Assembly (NCBI RefSeq): GCF_018350175.1
Contig: NC_058371.1
Coordinates: 170,376,001-170,440,000 of the forward strand
DNA length: 64,000 nucleotides
Direction of reading: 5' to 3'
Origin: Felis catus
Taxonomy: Eukaryota
Every line of letters starts with the position of its first letter. The stretch's first letter is position 1. Under the pieces are notes generated by a model, which was given only the letters and a program-made list of their open reading frames with translations, had not been told where the DNA came from and searched no databases. Below, piece by piece: positions 12,283 through 24,270 of this stretch. Made by a program: the position numbers and the translations under genes.

Positions 12283-13199
12283 ATAATAAAATGGTAAAGA
12301 CGATGTAAGTGATGAATAATGAAGGCAAGTGAGGAAGTATTATTTGGAAAAGGGCAAGAGAGAGAAAAAATGATGGAAAGGATAAAGTAAAAAGGACACT
12401 CAAATGAAAAAGGAAAGAGGAGAAATAAAAGTCAAGGACATAAATGGAAGCAAAGCAACCAGAGCCCCTTGTTTTCGTGACTCGAACTCCTGCCTGCTCC
12501 AAGTAGAGGCATCATGTAAAGAACAACATTTGATCTATGATAAGAAATGATATAAAGATCAATGCACATGTCCTAAACCCTTAATTTTACTAAAATGATT
12601 TATGATTCACATTTGAATTAAGGTTTCAAAACCCCTTCTCCTTAGCTTTCTGGACCCTGGGCTACCTGCTTCTGTTGACATGGATTGTACTGGGACCTCC
12701 CTTGACTTCGGGCTACACATTTTGTTCCGATAACATGAAATCCCAGAGTTCCAAGGTCAGGAGATGCCACAGGCTTGGGGCCACACAGATATTTGTCAGC
12801 ATCATTAAGACTATGACCTTAACATCTGGAAGAAATGGACTTAATAAAAAGTTTTAAAATAATATATGTACACATTACTACATATATAATACAGATATAT
12901 GGATTACTTATTTTATAAAATTATTCAAATCCATCCCTTCCAAATCTGTCTATCTATCCATTTATTAACTTACTTGGCTACATGATTCTGATAAACAAAA
13001 TTAGAGGGGTTTTTAGTGACTAGTCACCAGCTTACTACTAACCAGTATGGGAAATAAAATGCATCCACAGAAATAGCAATTATTATGATAAAAAAAATCA
13101 ACTTCGTTAACTTGCTGAAATCAGGTACCTTATTACCATGACCCTCACATGTTCTCAAACACAGTTTTTTTGCGGGGGGGAGGGGATACATCTAATTTC

Positions 13200-13270
13200 T
13201 TTCTTTTTTTTTTTTAATGTTCATTCATTTTTGAGAGACACAGAGAGACAGAGCATGATTGGGGGAAGAT
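13200..13270 (-). mobile_element. 5'-truncated CAN-SINE (71 bp) with perfect 16-bp TSD ggatacatctaatttc
   Basis: Tail plus gagagacacagagagacagagcatg only; TSD at 13184-13199 and 13271-13286. Confidence 0.9.
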
Positions 13271-14212
13271 GGATACATCTAATTTCAATTAGTCATCCTG
13301 ATATGGCTGAGAAATTTTTTAACAACAACCAATAAGGTCTATGTAGGAGGCTGCCTAAATTCTTGACATTTTTTTTTCTAATTGCTTTTTGCAAAAACCA
13401 CATGCAGAGAAGGAGGTCACAATGGACACAGTGAGTCCTTACCAGGCCACACATATCCTCAGCTTTTTGTGCACATGTGTATGTGTGCATGTTCCTTCCA
13501 GAACTAAGGTGTGTTTGTCTTCTTGATCGTCCACCTTTCCCCCCTTTTTACATCAAAGGCAACATCAACTAGAGAATTAAGATTAGTTGCCAAGAGTTAG
13601 GAAACATATCAATGCATAAAAACCTGCCTCTAGCCACGTGTGAACATGTGAATTTTGTCTGTTTAAACGGACAGGTTCAGAAGGGCAAGAGCTTTGCTTC
13701 AACAATTCTCCAGATGACGTAAGGATCACTTTAGTGTCCATTATGTCTTTAGAAGAGTTGGTCTACAAATGTGGTATTTAAACCCAAGTAGATTTTAAGG
13801 TTGAAAACAGCAGTTTATGATGGAAGTGCTGTTCGTTAATCATGAACTTCTCTTTCCTTACCCCCACTCCCCTTCCTTCCAGGGGAATGCCGTGAAAAAC
13901 TGAAATCGTTACAATCACATTCTTCCCCTGGGGTCAACCTAATTATCATACTCTCACCTCAAAACAAATTTACCTCTTTAAGAATGAAGGTCCTTATCAC
14001 TCATGGGAAAAATACAAACAAAGGCTAAGATGCCATTTAAGCGGAACTGCGATCTTCCATTTTTAAGTGACCTCTCAGTTTAATGGATTCAATGCATTCT
14101 CATTCAAGTGGAATATATATTGCAGGGGAGCACTGTAATAAATGGCACTGTCATGACCCTTAGGTTAGAGCAAAGGAATATTGGAAAATAAATCTCAATT
14201 CTGGATACTCAC

Positions 14213-14282
14213 CAATCCCGCAATGGGGGTAGGCAATCTATTGATCTTTTTAACAAGTCCTGGCTTTATAGCATTCAGCAAC
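14213..14282 (-). CDS. LIMCH1: LIMCH1 coding exon (70 nt, phase 2 to 0), CH domain: (E)[23 protein letters not shown]
   Basis: Minus strand reads ctgcctttttcgtgacag|GTTGCTGAATGCT...ATTGCGGGATTG|gtgagtat. The first G completes the GA from the previous exon (GAG = E), so the frame continues without a stop. Confidence 0.96.
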
Positions 14283-15230
14283 CTGTCACGAAAAAGGCAG
14301 AATGTCAAGTGAGACATTAAAGCAAGATGGATCACACAAATCACCTTTATCCGGGGCTATAGCCAAATTGCTGAATAGGAAAAATAGTGAATTTAAAGCA
14401 TGTAGTAAATCTCAGTAATCTATGAGCCTTCATGCGTACAAGTGAAAAGCTTTGCCTACGTCAAGTTTGTCCAGAGTGGGCGAAGTTTTAGAACTTAGAA
14501 ATGTTGGGAGAGAAGAAGGGATGGAGACGGGGAGCTGTATCAAGGGAAGGGACAAGGATTCGAACTGGAATGGGGGTGGGAGGGAACTGTCTAGGACTGA
14601 AGCCAACTGTTACTATAGGCAAGGCCTGTTCCCAAATTTCCTGGCCAAGGCAGGGGTCTCTCCAGGAATGCATTAAGTTCAGGGACCAACATCTGTCTTT
14701 GCAATAATTTGCCAAGACTAATTCTACCTCCAGACCCTTCTGCTCCTCGAGAGTGGCTTATTAAATGTGGGTGATCTTCACTTAAGAAAGGGAAGAATAT
14801 GTTTAGCCAGAGGTTAACCGATCATGTCTTAAAGATTCTAAATAAGGCTCACCACAATTCCCTAGGTACAGAAGATATGTGAACAAAACATTTGGGGGGC
14901 GGGGGGTAAAGGTTGAAATCACGTAAAAATGGTAATATAAGCAAAGGAATGCAAAAGAAACCACTATAACTACTTGTCCTCAGGAAATAGTTCAGAGTGA
15001 AAAGAAATAAGGAAGGCAACCTGTAAAACGAAAATAGGGTTGGCACCGGGGTGATGTGGTGGAGCGTCGAATTTACAAACCAGGTTATTCAGGAAGGAAT
15101 AGTTGAAGGTAAGGAGATGTAGAATGCACGCATTTATTCCCACAGTCGGGAATTAGGGGAGAGGCCATCGGGTAACTTATCTCAGGATGCAGTGCAAAGA
15201 GAAACTTAGGCCAGGGGTTTATTACAACTC

Positions 15231-15666
15231 CGGGTTCCGCATACTACAACCCATGGGCCGAACATGGCCCAGTGCCTGTTTTGTAAACAAAGTTGTAGGG
15301 GTGCCTGGGTTGGTTAAGCATCCGACTCTTGGTTTTGACTCAGGTCATAGTCTCACGGTTCATGAGTTCTAGTCCCACGTCGGGCTCCGCGCTGTCAGTG
15401 CAGAGCCTGCTTGAAATTCTCTCTTCCTCTCTCTCTGCCCCTCCCCTGCTCACTCTCTCTCTCTCTTAAAATAAATAAACTTAATTTTAAAAATTTTTAA
15501 ATAAAAAAAAGTTTTACTGGAGCACAGCCATACCCCTTCATTTATGTACTATCTACTGCTGCTTTTGTGACAGCACAGTTGAGTTACTATGACAGAGAAC
15601 ATATGGCCCACAAAGCAGACAATTTTTCCTATTTGGCTCTTTACAGAATAAGTCTGCCAACTTCTG
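15231..15666. mobile_element. MER58A-like hAT-Charlie MITE, split by a SINE
   Basis: ggcccagtgcctgttttgtaaacaaagtt resumes after the SINE as aagttttactggagcacagcc...gtctgccaacttctg. Confidence 0.8.
15298..15508 (+). mobile_element. CAN-SINE (older SINEC_Fc2/3-like)
   Basis: ggggtgcctgggttggttaagcatccgactcttgg...(CT)n...A tail; aaagtt(g/t)ta duplication. Confidence 0.9.
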
Positions 15667-16272
15667 TTACAATTCATGGAATCCGAAATTATAGAAAATT
15701 CTGAAGAACCTATGCTTGATAGATCTCTACAAATCAGCAACAAAAGATTCGTTGAAACAGTATAGTGAATTAGTCTTAAACACAGCCTATGTTTGACTCT
15801 GACACACTGCGTATTAATGAACTGAGAAATATTGCCCCGGTGCTTATGACAGACAGGATAGTGGTTTGCTCCAAGGATCAGTTGCCTGTTCTTGGTAACT
15901 TTCCCTGCAATTCCAACGCACTGCCACCAACAGGCACCACTCAGAGCAGACGCGTGCCTGTTCGCCTGCCGAGAGTCAAGACGGCACTCTTTTCATGACC
16001 CCACTTAGTTTTAACCGTGAGTCTAATCTTTTTTAAAAAGCGCTTCTTTATAACTTATTTTGGAATTATTGGTTTTTCATGTCAGAAGACAATGTGTTCT
16101 CTCCTCATTTTACCGCTTAGAAAACTGAAGCCTGATGATGATGATGAATGAGTAACTTCTCCGGAGCTGATTAGAGGTATAATCAGGCCCAGCACCCAAG
16201 TTTCCTGGATCAGCATGCTCTCTTGGGCAGTGTTAATGTCCCATATCTTATGGTTTAAAATAAGCAGATAGA

Positions 16273-16513
16273 GGGGTGCCTGGGTGGCGCAGTCGGTTAA
16301 GCGTCCGACTTCAGCTCAGGTCACGATCTCGTGGTCCGGGAGTTCGAGCCCCGCGTCAGGCTCTGGGCTGATGGCTCAGAGCCTGGAGCCTGTTTCCGAT
16401 TCTGTGTCTCCCTCTCTCTCTGCCCCTCCCCCGTTCATGCTCTGTCTCTCTCTGTCCCAAAAATAAATAAACGTTGGAAAAAAAAATTTTTTTTTAATAA
16501 AATAAAATAAAAT
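16273..16513 (+). mobile_element. Young CAN-SINE with 16-bp TSD aaaataagcagataga
   Basis: TSD at 16257-16272 and 16514-16529; A and B boxes intact. Confidence 0.97.
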
Positions 16514-16640
16514 AAAATAAGCAGATAGATATGATGTATCCAAAGCAAAGTTTTTAAATATATGAAACTCTTAAGATGTGTTACTTTTCTCACTAGTTCT
16601 TAACAGTGCCATTTTAAGCTGGATTTTAAAATGTTTTCTT

Positions 16641-16865
16641 GGGGCGCCTGGGTGGCTCAGTCGGTTAAGCGTCCGACTTCAGCTCAGGTCACGATCTCGC
16701 CGTCCGCGAGTTTGAGCCCCGTGTCGGGCTCTGGGCTGATGGCTCAGAGCCTGGAGCCTGTTTCCGATTCTGTGTCTCCCTCTCTCTCTGCCCCTCCCCC
16801 GTTCATGCTCTGTCTCTCTCTGTCTCAAAAATAAATAAACGTTAAAAAAAAATTAAAAAAAAAAA
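16641..16865 (+). mobile_element. Young CAN-SINE
   Basis: ggggcgcctgggtggctcagtcggttaagcgtccg...; near-TSD aaaatgttttct / aaaaagttttct. Confidence 0.97.
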
Positions 16866-16998
16866 GTTTTCTGTGCACATTATTGATAATCCAAAAGGAT
16901 ATACAATAGAACATAAGTCTCACTGTGACCCCAGTCTCACAGGGCCCCAGACTATTCCCGGAAGGTAACCTTAAAGACCTTGCAAAGAAAATGTAAAA

Positions 16999-17000
<2 letters not shown>

Positions 17001-17030
<30 letters not shown>
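17001..17030. repeat. (AT)15 microsatellite
   Basis: Direct read. Confidence 1.
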
Positions 17031-17032
<2 letters not shown>

Positions 17033-17204
17033 TAAAAGGACGGATGTAGCAAATCATACCCACTGTCCTACACCCTGCTTTGCCACTTACCAATATTACT
17101 TGGAGGCTGAACAATGCACCTTTGAGAGTATGCCTTATCTATATACGTGGACCTGTGTCCTTTTTTAATAGCTGTTGACTGCAGACAGATATGGAGCTGA
17201 CAGG

Positions 17205-17430
17205 GGTGAGAGCACTGGCTCCAGAGTCCAACTGGCGAATCCAAAGCCCAGCTCGGCCATTCACTAGGAGTATTACTTAGGGCCAAGTCCAATGACTGCA
17301 GTTTCCTTGACTATAACACAGAAATACAATAATACCAATTGCACTGGCATCACTGAAGCATAAATGTGACAAAATGTAAGGAGCTAGCACAGAGCCTGGT
17401 GCATAATAAACTCTCTATAAATGTTTCTCT
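17205..17430 (+). mobile_element. MIR
   Basis: gagcactggctccagagtcc...gcagtttccttgactataa...gcacagagcctggtgcataataa. Confidence 0.65.
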
Positions 17431-18281
17431 ACATTTGTGTGTAAGCATTTATTTTATACTAATTCAATTCATAGCATTTTAGATCAAGCATCTTCTCTAA
17501 TGCTTTTAGATTTTTCTAATGAAATAGAAATACCATTGCTACAAGATCCCCAAGCTTTGCCACTGATTAGCCAAAGCAGAAAGAACAACAAACACCCTAA
17601 CAAAGAATTTATAAATTAAAACTCTTCCTTTAAAGAGGCACCTTTGTATTAATAATTTTAATAACAATGCTCACCAACCCCTCTTTTATCCAGGTTTAGA
17701 TTTTTCAAAGTCTTAAGTACTTCATTATATTTTTCCTTTGTAGAATTATAAGGCAGAAATCTTTCCTGTCACATGATGTCAAAAAAAACCAACTATGATT
17801 CTAGACCTTAATTAAAAGAGCAGCAAATAAACTATGACATCTGTCAAAATGTTTAGCCACAAATTAAAAAATAAAATGCCAAAGTATTCTTAAAAGATCA
17901 AGGCAGGTATATTTTCTAATACAAACATTGCACCTGCTCTGTACACAGTTTACAGTACACAACAATAGAAGATTACACTGAATTTACATTGCAGGAATGC
18001 CCAACACCTGCTTATCGTGTATTTTGCATTAAACCGAGGACGTTTCTTGCACGTTTCAAAATAAAGCTATGAATAAGAGTCAAGGATATTCACTTGCAAT
18101 TTTATTGAAAACCACTACTGCCTTCCTATGTAAACTAAAATATAAATATTTTCAATAAATACTTATTGATGACATACTTTAAAGAGATGATGATATTTCA
18201 TATTCATGAACCTTCTGAGATGTACCAGCTCCAACTATCCTATCCTATAGAGACAGGTCATGTATTCATTCCACCATTTTT

Positions 18282-18496
18282 TTTTAAATTTTTTTTAACA
18301 TTTATTTATTTTTGAGACAGAGAGAGAGCATGAACAGGGAGGGTCAGAGAAAGAGGGAGACACACAGAATCTGAAACAGGCTCCAGGCTCTGAGCTGTCA
18401 GCACAGAGCGCGACACGGGGCTCGAACCCACAGACCATGAGATCATGACCTGAGCTGAAGTCGGACGCTCAACCGACTGAGCCACCCAGGCGCCCC
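18282..18496 (-). mobile_element. CAN-SINE with 15-bp TSD cattccaccattttt, probably inserted into a MIR
   Basis: TSD at 18267-18281 and 18497-18511. Confidence 0.95.
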
Positions 18497-18729
18497 CATT
18501 CCACCATTTTTATAGAAGAAAAGACTGAGCTCCAGACAGATGTGAAAACCTTCATGTCTTAGGGACAGGACAGCCTTTATGTTTTAGGCCAATCATTTTA
18601 TACTGAAACTTAGTGCTTTAGAAAGTCCGGCTTCAGTATGTACCATCAAAGTACAACTCAACACACACACACACAAAGAGAAGGAGAGAGAGAATGAGAG
18701 AATGAACCTTTGACAATGAATAGGAAGGT

Positions 18730-18940
18730 GTAGTGACTTTGGAGTAAGTAGTCTAGGTTTTAAAAGCTAAATTGAACACTCATTAGCTATGTGCCTTTGG
18801 GAAGTCACTTGATCAGAATCTCAGTTTTCCCTTATTGGGATTCCCAAAACGGGGATTTTGAAAACCTCACTTTCCATCCAGGATTGTAGTGAGGAGCCAG
18901 TGGGACAGTGCGTGTTGCTAGCATTTGGTAAGTGGAAATT
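18730..18940 (+). mobile_element. MIR
   Basis: cattagctatgtgcctttgggaagtcacttgatcagaatctcagttttcc. Confidence 0.65.
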
Positions 18941-19329
18941 TGCATATTCACACTCATTTAGTATACTGAGCATACCTCTTTCTGCTAAGTAAGTTCAGGT
19001 CATCTTAGTTTCAATTTTTCCTTCAGCCAGCTGCCAAAGACTAAGATAAGTTTTACTTATTTTCTTTTTCTGGCCACATTTGGACAAAAATCTTACATAA
19101 ATGAATCAACTCAACAAATGTGTATAGCTTGCCTAATATATGTGTGGTCAGAAATGACTAGAAACAGGAAGGCAAGTCATGATCTTGGATAATCCTCAAT
19201 TATGAAAAAGTTAATGACATTAAAGGTAAGCAAAAATACATGTGTTTCTTATACAATGGAAATTAAATGCCATCTACTGAACTCACATTCTAAATCTGAA
19301 ACACACTGTGACCTATTTCAAGGAAGGAT

Positions 19330-19460
19330 ATTTCATATGTTCCTTCACGTACTCAACAAATATTTATGGAGCATGCATGATGTTCTGGCCTGAAGCTCGG
19401 CACAGGGATATAAAGGAAGGCAGGAGAGACCCCAGGTTGTTTCCTCATGGGGCATGCTCA
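19330..19460 (-). mobile_element. L2 3' end fragment
   Basis: actcaacaaatatttatggagcatg is the reverse L2 tail. Confidence 0.6.
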
Positions 19461-20785
19461 CTAGTAGATTTAAAACCCACAGGAAGACCAGAACTATGCA
19501 CATATGTGGTTCATTGTCACACAACCTAATGCATGGCCATCTTGAGTTTTTGGGAAGATGAATTAAAGACATGCTCTGCACAAATTCTATGGAATATAGT
19601 TCTTAAAAGATTAAAGATTAGATTCCTTAAAGAAACAATTGTTGAAACACCTAGGAATTATGCTGATGTTCTGATTAGAACACAGGCTGAATTTATTAAC
19701 TCTTTGTAACACTTAATATCCAGCTGTGGCAACCCTCAATCATTGTTTAATGGTTATAAAATACAAACTGAAGAAATTTGTTCTTATCTGTGATTAAAAA
19801 GAAAAAACCTCAAATCTCTACTTCACTCTGGTTCATTCTGATTCTTCCAGCAGCCAGTATAAAAGCTCTGCAAGGGACGTAACACTGAGAATATAGCTAC
19901 AAAGGATACATTACAAGACCATCCAGACATTAGGAATTATACCAAGGAGAAGTTTGTTACTGAACTATAACATAAACACTAAAGGCAAGATTTTTTTAAA
20001 AATTGCAGAATTCAGCTTACCCTACAAATCATTCAATTCATAAATTCACATCTAATAATGATCCTAGAGTTTGGGGGAGAGCAGAGAAGCTATCTAGACC
20101 TTGAGCACAGGGTTGGGAAGGTCATGCTTAATCTCATGGGAAATCACTTTATTCTTTGCAACAAGAGATTACATCACCACCTCATTAGCTTGGTTTGTAC
20201 AGCTGCAACAGGCAGCTATGATCACAAAATTACCTACTTTGTGTCTCTTTTAATTTGGCTCAATAGTGTTTTTCTACGTGGTTTCCTTGATCACTTTCTG
20301 AGTTTGACCATGCATCCTGAATGAAGGTGTATGCACTTTCATTTAATCTAACATGGCAACTGTTTTTGAACCTAAGCATGAGATCAATTTAACCTTGACT
20401 ATAAACCTGTTACAGATGTCATTTTTAAAGACTTCTTTTTAGAGTTGCCTCGGCAGAAGGATAAATGTTAATAAACCTTCTGAGGTTTAAAAAAAAAATG
20501 GACTAAACTGTAGGGAAAAGTGAAACTTGAACCAAACAAGAGTTTTATATGAACAAAACAGTGATGGAATGTAAATTGCCATCATTAATATCTACCAAAC
20601 GTTTGAGGGGTGCTATGCATCATCCAGAATGTGTGAAATATAGGTCGATTTAAGCCACCTGCATTGAACGTACTCAAAGAAGAGATCAGGAGGGCTTTAG
20701 AAGGTTTTTGTCTTACAATTCCAAGAAGTTGGGACCAACTCTGTGAATTGTTCAGCTCAGCAATGCTGGTATTCTAACACACCTC

Positions 20786-21200
20786 CTGTGGCAGAGAAAA
20801 CCCACCACTTGTCTCCTTTTCCTCCTGAGCACATATTTCCCACCTTGGCTACATTTTCCACCCTCTTCTGCAATTTTCTGTAGCCATATAACAGAGTTCT
20901 GGCCAATGGGGTGTAGGCAGAGTAGTAAATATCACACGTAGGCCTGCCCCGAAAACGCCTCCCAAGTACTGCTCCATTCTCCCTCTCCTCCCATTTACGG
21001 GTTAGATGTTGACACCCAGGAAGACCTGAGAAAGAAGTCAGGTGTTGAGGATGGAGTCTCTATCAGCTGGGATCCCTGAACCACTGCCGGAAGCAAAGTC
21101 ATCTCCACTCTTCCCTGTCGCCAGAAGTGGGCTACACAAGAGTAAGAAGTAATTTCCATGGTTTTAAACCACTGAGATCACAGCATTACCCTACCTATCA
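20786..21200 (+). mobile_element. MaLR solo LTR (MLT1J-like)
   Basis: tgtggcagag start; agttctggccaatgggg; ttttaaaccactgagatc near the end. Confidence 0.7.
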
Positions 21201-21380
21201 CAGACAGGTCTTTCTCCTGTAAAAAGGGGCCCTACTTTGCCAAACTATACCCAAGAAAATCCCGTCCTAAAATGCGGAATTGAACGCCTGGCACATCCTT
21301 TCCTCTGGGGCTCACTGGGAGGGCAGCTAGAAGGGGATGAACTAGCAACTGACACACTGTAAACAAGTGGACCCATTTTT

Positions 21381-21603
21381 TTTTTTCAACGTTTTTTTTT
21401 TTTATTTATTTATTTTTGGGACAGAGAGAGACAGAGCATGAACGGGGGAGGGGCAGAGAGAGAGGGAGACACAGAATCGGAAACAGGCTCCAGGTTCTGA
21501 GCCATCAGCCCAGAGCCCGACGCGGGGCTCAAACTCACGGACCCTGAGATCGTGACCTGGCTGAAGTCGGATGCTCAACCGACTGCGCCACCCAGGCGCC
21601 CCG
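21381..21603 (-). mobile_element. Young CAN-SINE with 18-bp TSD acaagtggacccattttt
   Basis: TSD at 21363-21380 and 21604-21621. Confidence 0.97.
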
Positions 21604-21963
21604 ACAAGTGGACCCATTTTTATTTTCCCGCATTTGCTAGAGGAAAACTCTTCTTACGTATCGCTCCGTCCTCAATACTAAAAAACTAACACTAACGAAA
21701 TAATCTATAAGCGTGGAAGAGAAACTCTAGCAATTATCTGAGCATCCTGGATTCCTTTTGATTCATTATCAGTCTCTCCCACAGTCCAACCTTTTTATGG
21801 CCATTCCTGCTGTCAGGCAATTACGGGAGTTTTGGACTAGAAGAGGCTGAAAAAATCAATAAATCAATCTAGATAAGGAAACTGCCATCAGGCACACGTC
21901 TAAGGTCAGAGCTTGTAAGGGGTATTAGGAGTACAAACTCACGTTTCTAAATCTGAGAAGATG

Positions 21964-22028
21964 GGGGCGGCTGGGTGGCGCAGTCGGTTAAGCGTCCGAC
22001 TTCAGCCAGGTCACGATCTCGCGGTCCG
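21964..22028 (+). mobile_element. 3'-truncated, tail-less young CAN-SINE head (65 bp)
   Basis: ggggcggctgggtggcgcagtcggttaagcgtccgacttcagccaggtcacgatctcgcggtccg, then an abrupt switch to flanking DNA. Confidence 0.9.
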
Positions 22029-22039
22029 AGAAGACGACT

Positions 22040-22400
22040 TTCCTTTGATGCTTCACTTTCTGCACTTCAGGAAATAATCTCCAGCTACTAGTATCTACCA
22101 TCTGAATCAAACTGCTCACCACATCCAAAATGACCCCTTCTAAATCTTGGCTTTGGCCATGCTGCTTCCCTCCCCCAGTGACTTCTGGGCTCCCAAGTGC
22201 CCACAGGACACCCTCCAAATGCCTTCACCTGGTAATCAAGCTCCCCCCACCAAACTGCCTTCCCCACCATGCCTCCCACTCAAGATCCTTCTTGATTTTA
22301 TAAGGCACAAGTTTGAGATGGCATGTGTGATCAATGAACTGTGAAACCTGGCAATATATGAACAGAATTCAGTATAACCAAATAAAATGGAAACTAGAGT
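22040..22400 (+). mobile_element. L2 fragment (degenerate)
   Basis: Pyrimidine-rich L2-like ccatgctgcttccctcccccagtgac...gccttcacctgg. Confidence 0.5.
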
Positions 22401-22714
22401 TACCCTGACACAGGCAATGATACGTGTGATCACAATTGTGCTATGTAGTAATTATGGATAAATGATAGTAATTAGTATTTCTTTTGCATAACTAAAACCT
22501 GGTATTGCTAGGTTTACTGTCAGGAGGGTGGAAAGAAAACAGGGAACACGCAAGTGCTGTGATTTATCTCTGAAAGCTTCTGTAGCCCGACTTGAGCAGG
22601 ATACACAGCCAGCCCTTGCTCTCCACACTTCAGGAAGAAGGGCTCAAAACCAAGAGTTACAGGATTGGCACTCAAAATTCCAAGAGTAAGAGTAGCCTCC
22701 AGAGACAAAAAGAC

Positions 22715-22900
22715 ATGGGTTCAAATCCCAACTCTGCAACTCACTAGGCAAGTTATTTAAGTATTCAGTATCCTTGAGCCTCAGTTTCCTCCTCTGTAAA
22801 ATGGGGACAATAATACCTATTAGTCATGGCATGAGAATGTGAAATAGTGCATGTAATACACTTGGCACCAGCCTTGCGTGTAGTGTACACTTGACAAATG
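22715..22900 (+). mobile_element. MIR
   Basis: gggttcaaatcccaactctgc...ggcaagttatttaa...gagcctcagtttcctcctctgtaaaatggggacaataatacct. Confidence 0.85.
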
Positions 22901-23739
22901 GCGGTGGATATTACCATCTCCATGCAGGTTTTGACCCCAGCTCTCCCCGAAGATGGAAATCTGATATATCCATCATTGTTCACCTCTCCTCCCAAGCATC
23001 CTGCCTGTAGCTAGAGGGAGGCTGAGAGTTGGAAGAGATGAAAAAACAGAAGGGAAGGAATGAGATAATGTCAGTCCTTTTGGAGAGACTATGTCTCTGG
23101 GCGTGGTCGCCAAAGCTGGGGATAGGGAGGAAGGAAGGAAGGATGCCGACAAAGGAAAGGCAGTAAAAAGCTCCAAAGACCAATTCGGCTACATTGCAGC
23201 TGTGCCCACAGCTGCGGGTGGCCCTGCTTTCCTGCCAAGTTCTGGCTAATCCTTTAACTCTTGCTCCTGTCTCCCTACCTCTCTTGCCATCCTGAGAGTG
23301 ATGGAGGAAAGCCAAGAGCTGAAGAGATGCTTTGCTATCCTAGGAAGGGGAGGTCAGCCCCTATAAGGCTAGTTAGAATTCTGAATTGATTTACTATCCA
23401 TTCCACATACTGTTATCAAATGCTTACCCCACACCAGGTGCTGAGCTATGCTCAGATGCCCTCAGAAATTGGGGTCTACAATGGGACTGTCATTATTTCA
23501 GATGTGATAGGAGTTACATAACACTGTGAAGAACATTAGTTCTATAGGGAAACTTCCAGGTTCTAAATGGTGACTTGGAAGAGAGTTTTGGAAACACAGT
23601 ATACATACAGGAGTTGTAAACTAAGCATGGACATAGTAAGACAAGTGTAGGAAACATCTCTGCTTCTCCTTGGGAGGCAAAGCATTTTATTCAAATATTT
23701 GTGTTTGGTGCACAGCAGAAAGTAATCAAGTGTCTCCAC

Positions 23740-24270
23740 CATCACCAGATGTCATTTCCTAGAAAACAAACATAATCCCATCACTCCTTTATACAGAAAC
23801 CATGTTGGCTGCCTATTGCTTGCCACATGCTATTGTAACTCCCCAACATGTTATTCAAGGTCTTCTGAAAACTGACCTGATACCCACCATTCATCTCCAG
23901 CCTGCCCCATCTTGAATTTGTCCTAGGCTCTGGTCACAGTTTCTTCCCTGAGCACTCAAAGCACCTTCGTGTTGCTGAGCATTTCAAGTTATTGCTATTC
24001 CTTCTGACTTGCCATTACCACAGGCCTCCCTTGACCCCTCTGTGGCCTGGCAAACTCATACTCATCCTTCAAAACCCAGCTTACATGTTACCTTTTCTTC
24101 ACCCATTTCCGAGGTACAGATTATATCTTCACCTCTAGATTCCAATACTCTTTGGCTTCCTTACTTATCACACATCACAGAAATTGTCCAACGTCCCCAT
24201 CAGGCAAAGGGTTAGTTCTCTCTGCAACCCCGTCTCTACTGGAAGGGCTAGCTCTTGGTAAGGCCTCAAT
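23740..24270 (+). mobile_element. L2 fragment
   Basis: cataatcccatcactcc...ttattcaaggtctt...tactcatccttcaaaacccagcttacatgttacc. Confidence 0.65.

Noticed and set aside
16273-16400. tRNA-like A and B boxes
   Set aside because: These are the tRNA-derived heads of CAN-SINEs; no complete cloverleaf tRNA gene.
16284-16834. Recurrent ORFs such as MAQSVKRPTSAQV... and ...GRGRERGRHRIGNRLQA
   Set aside because: Translations of CAN-SINE bodies, repeated at every SINE copy; not host genes.
19858-19865. Consensus TATAAAAG (also at 62583)
   Set aside because: A few such AT-rich 8-mers are expected by chance in 64 kb; no independent promoter evidence at 19858.
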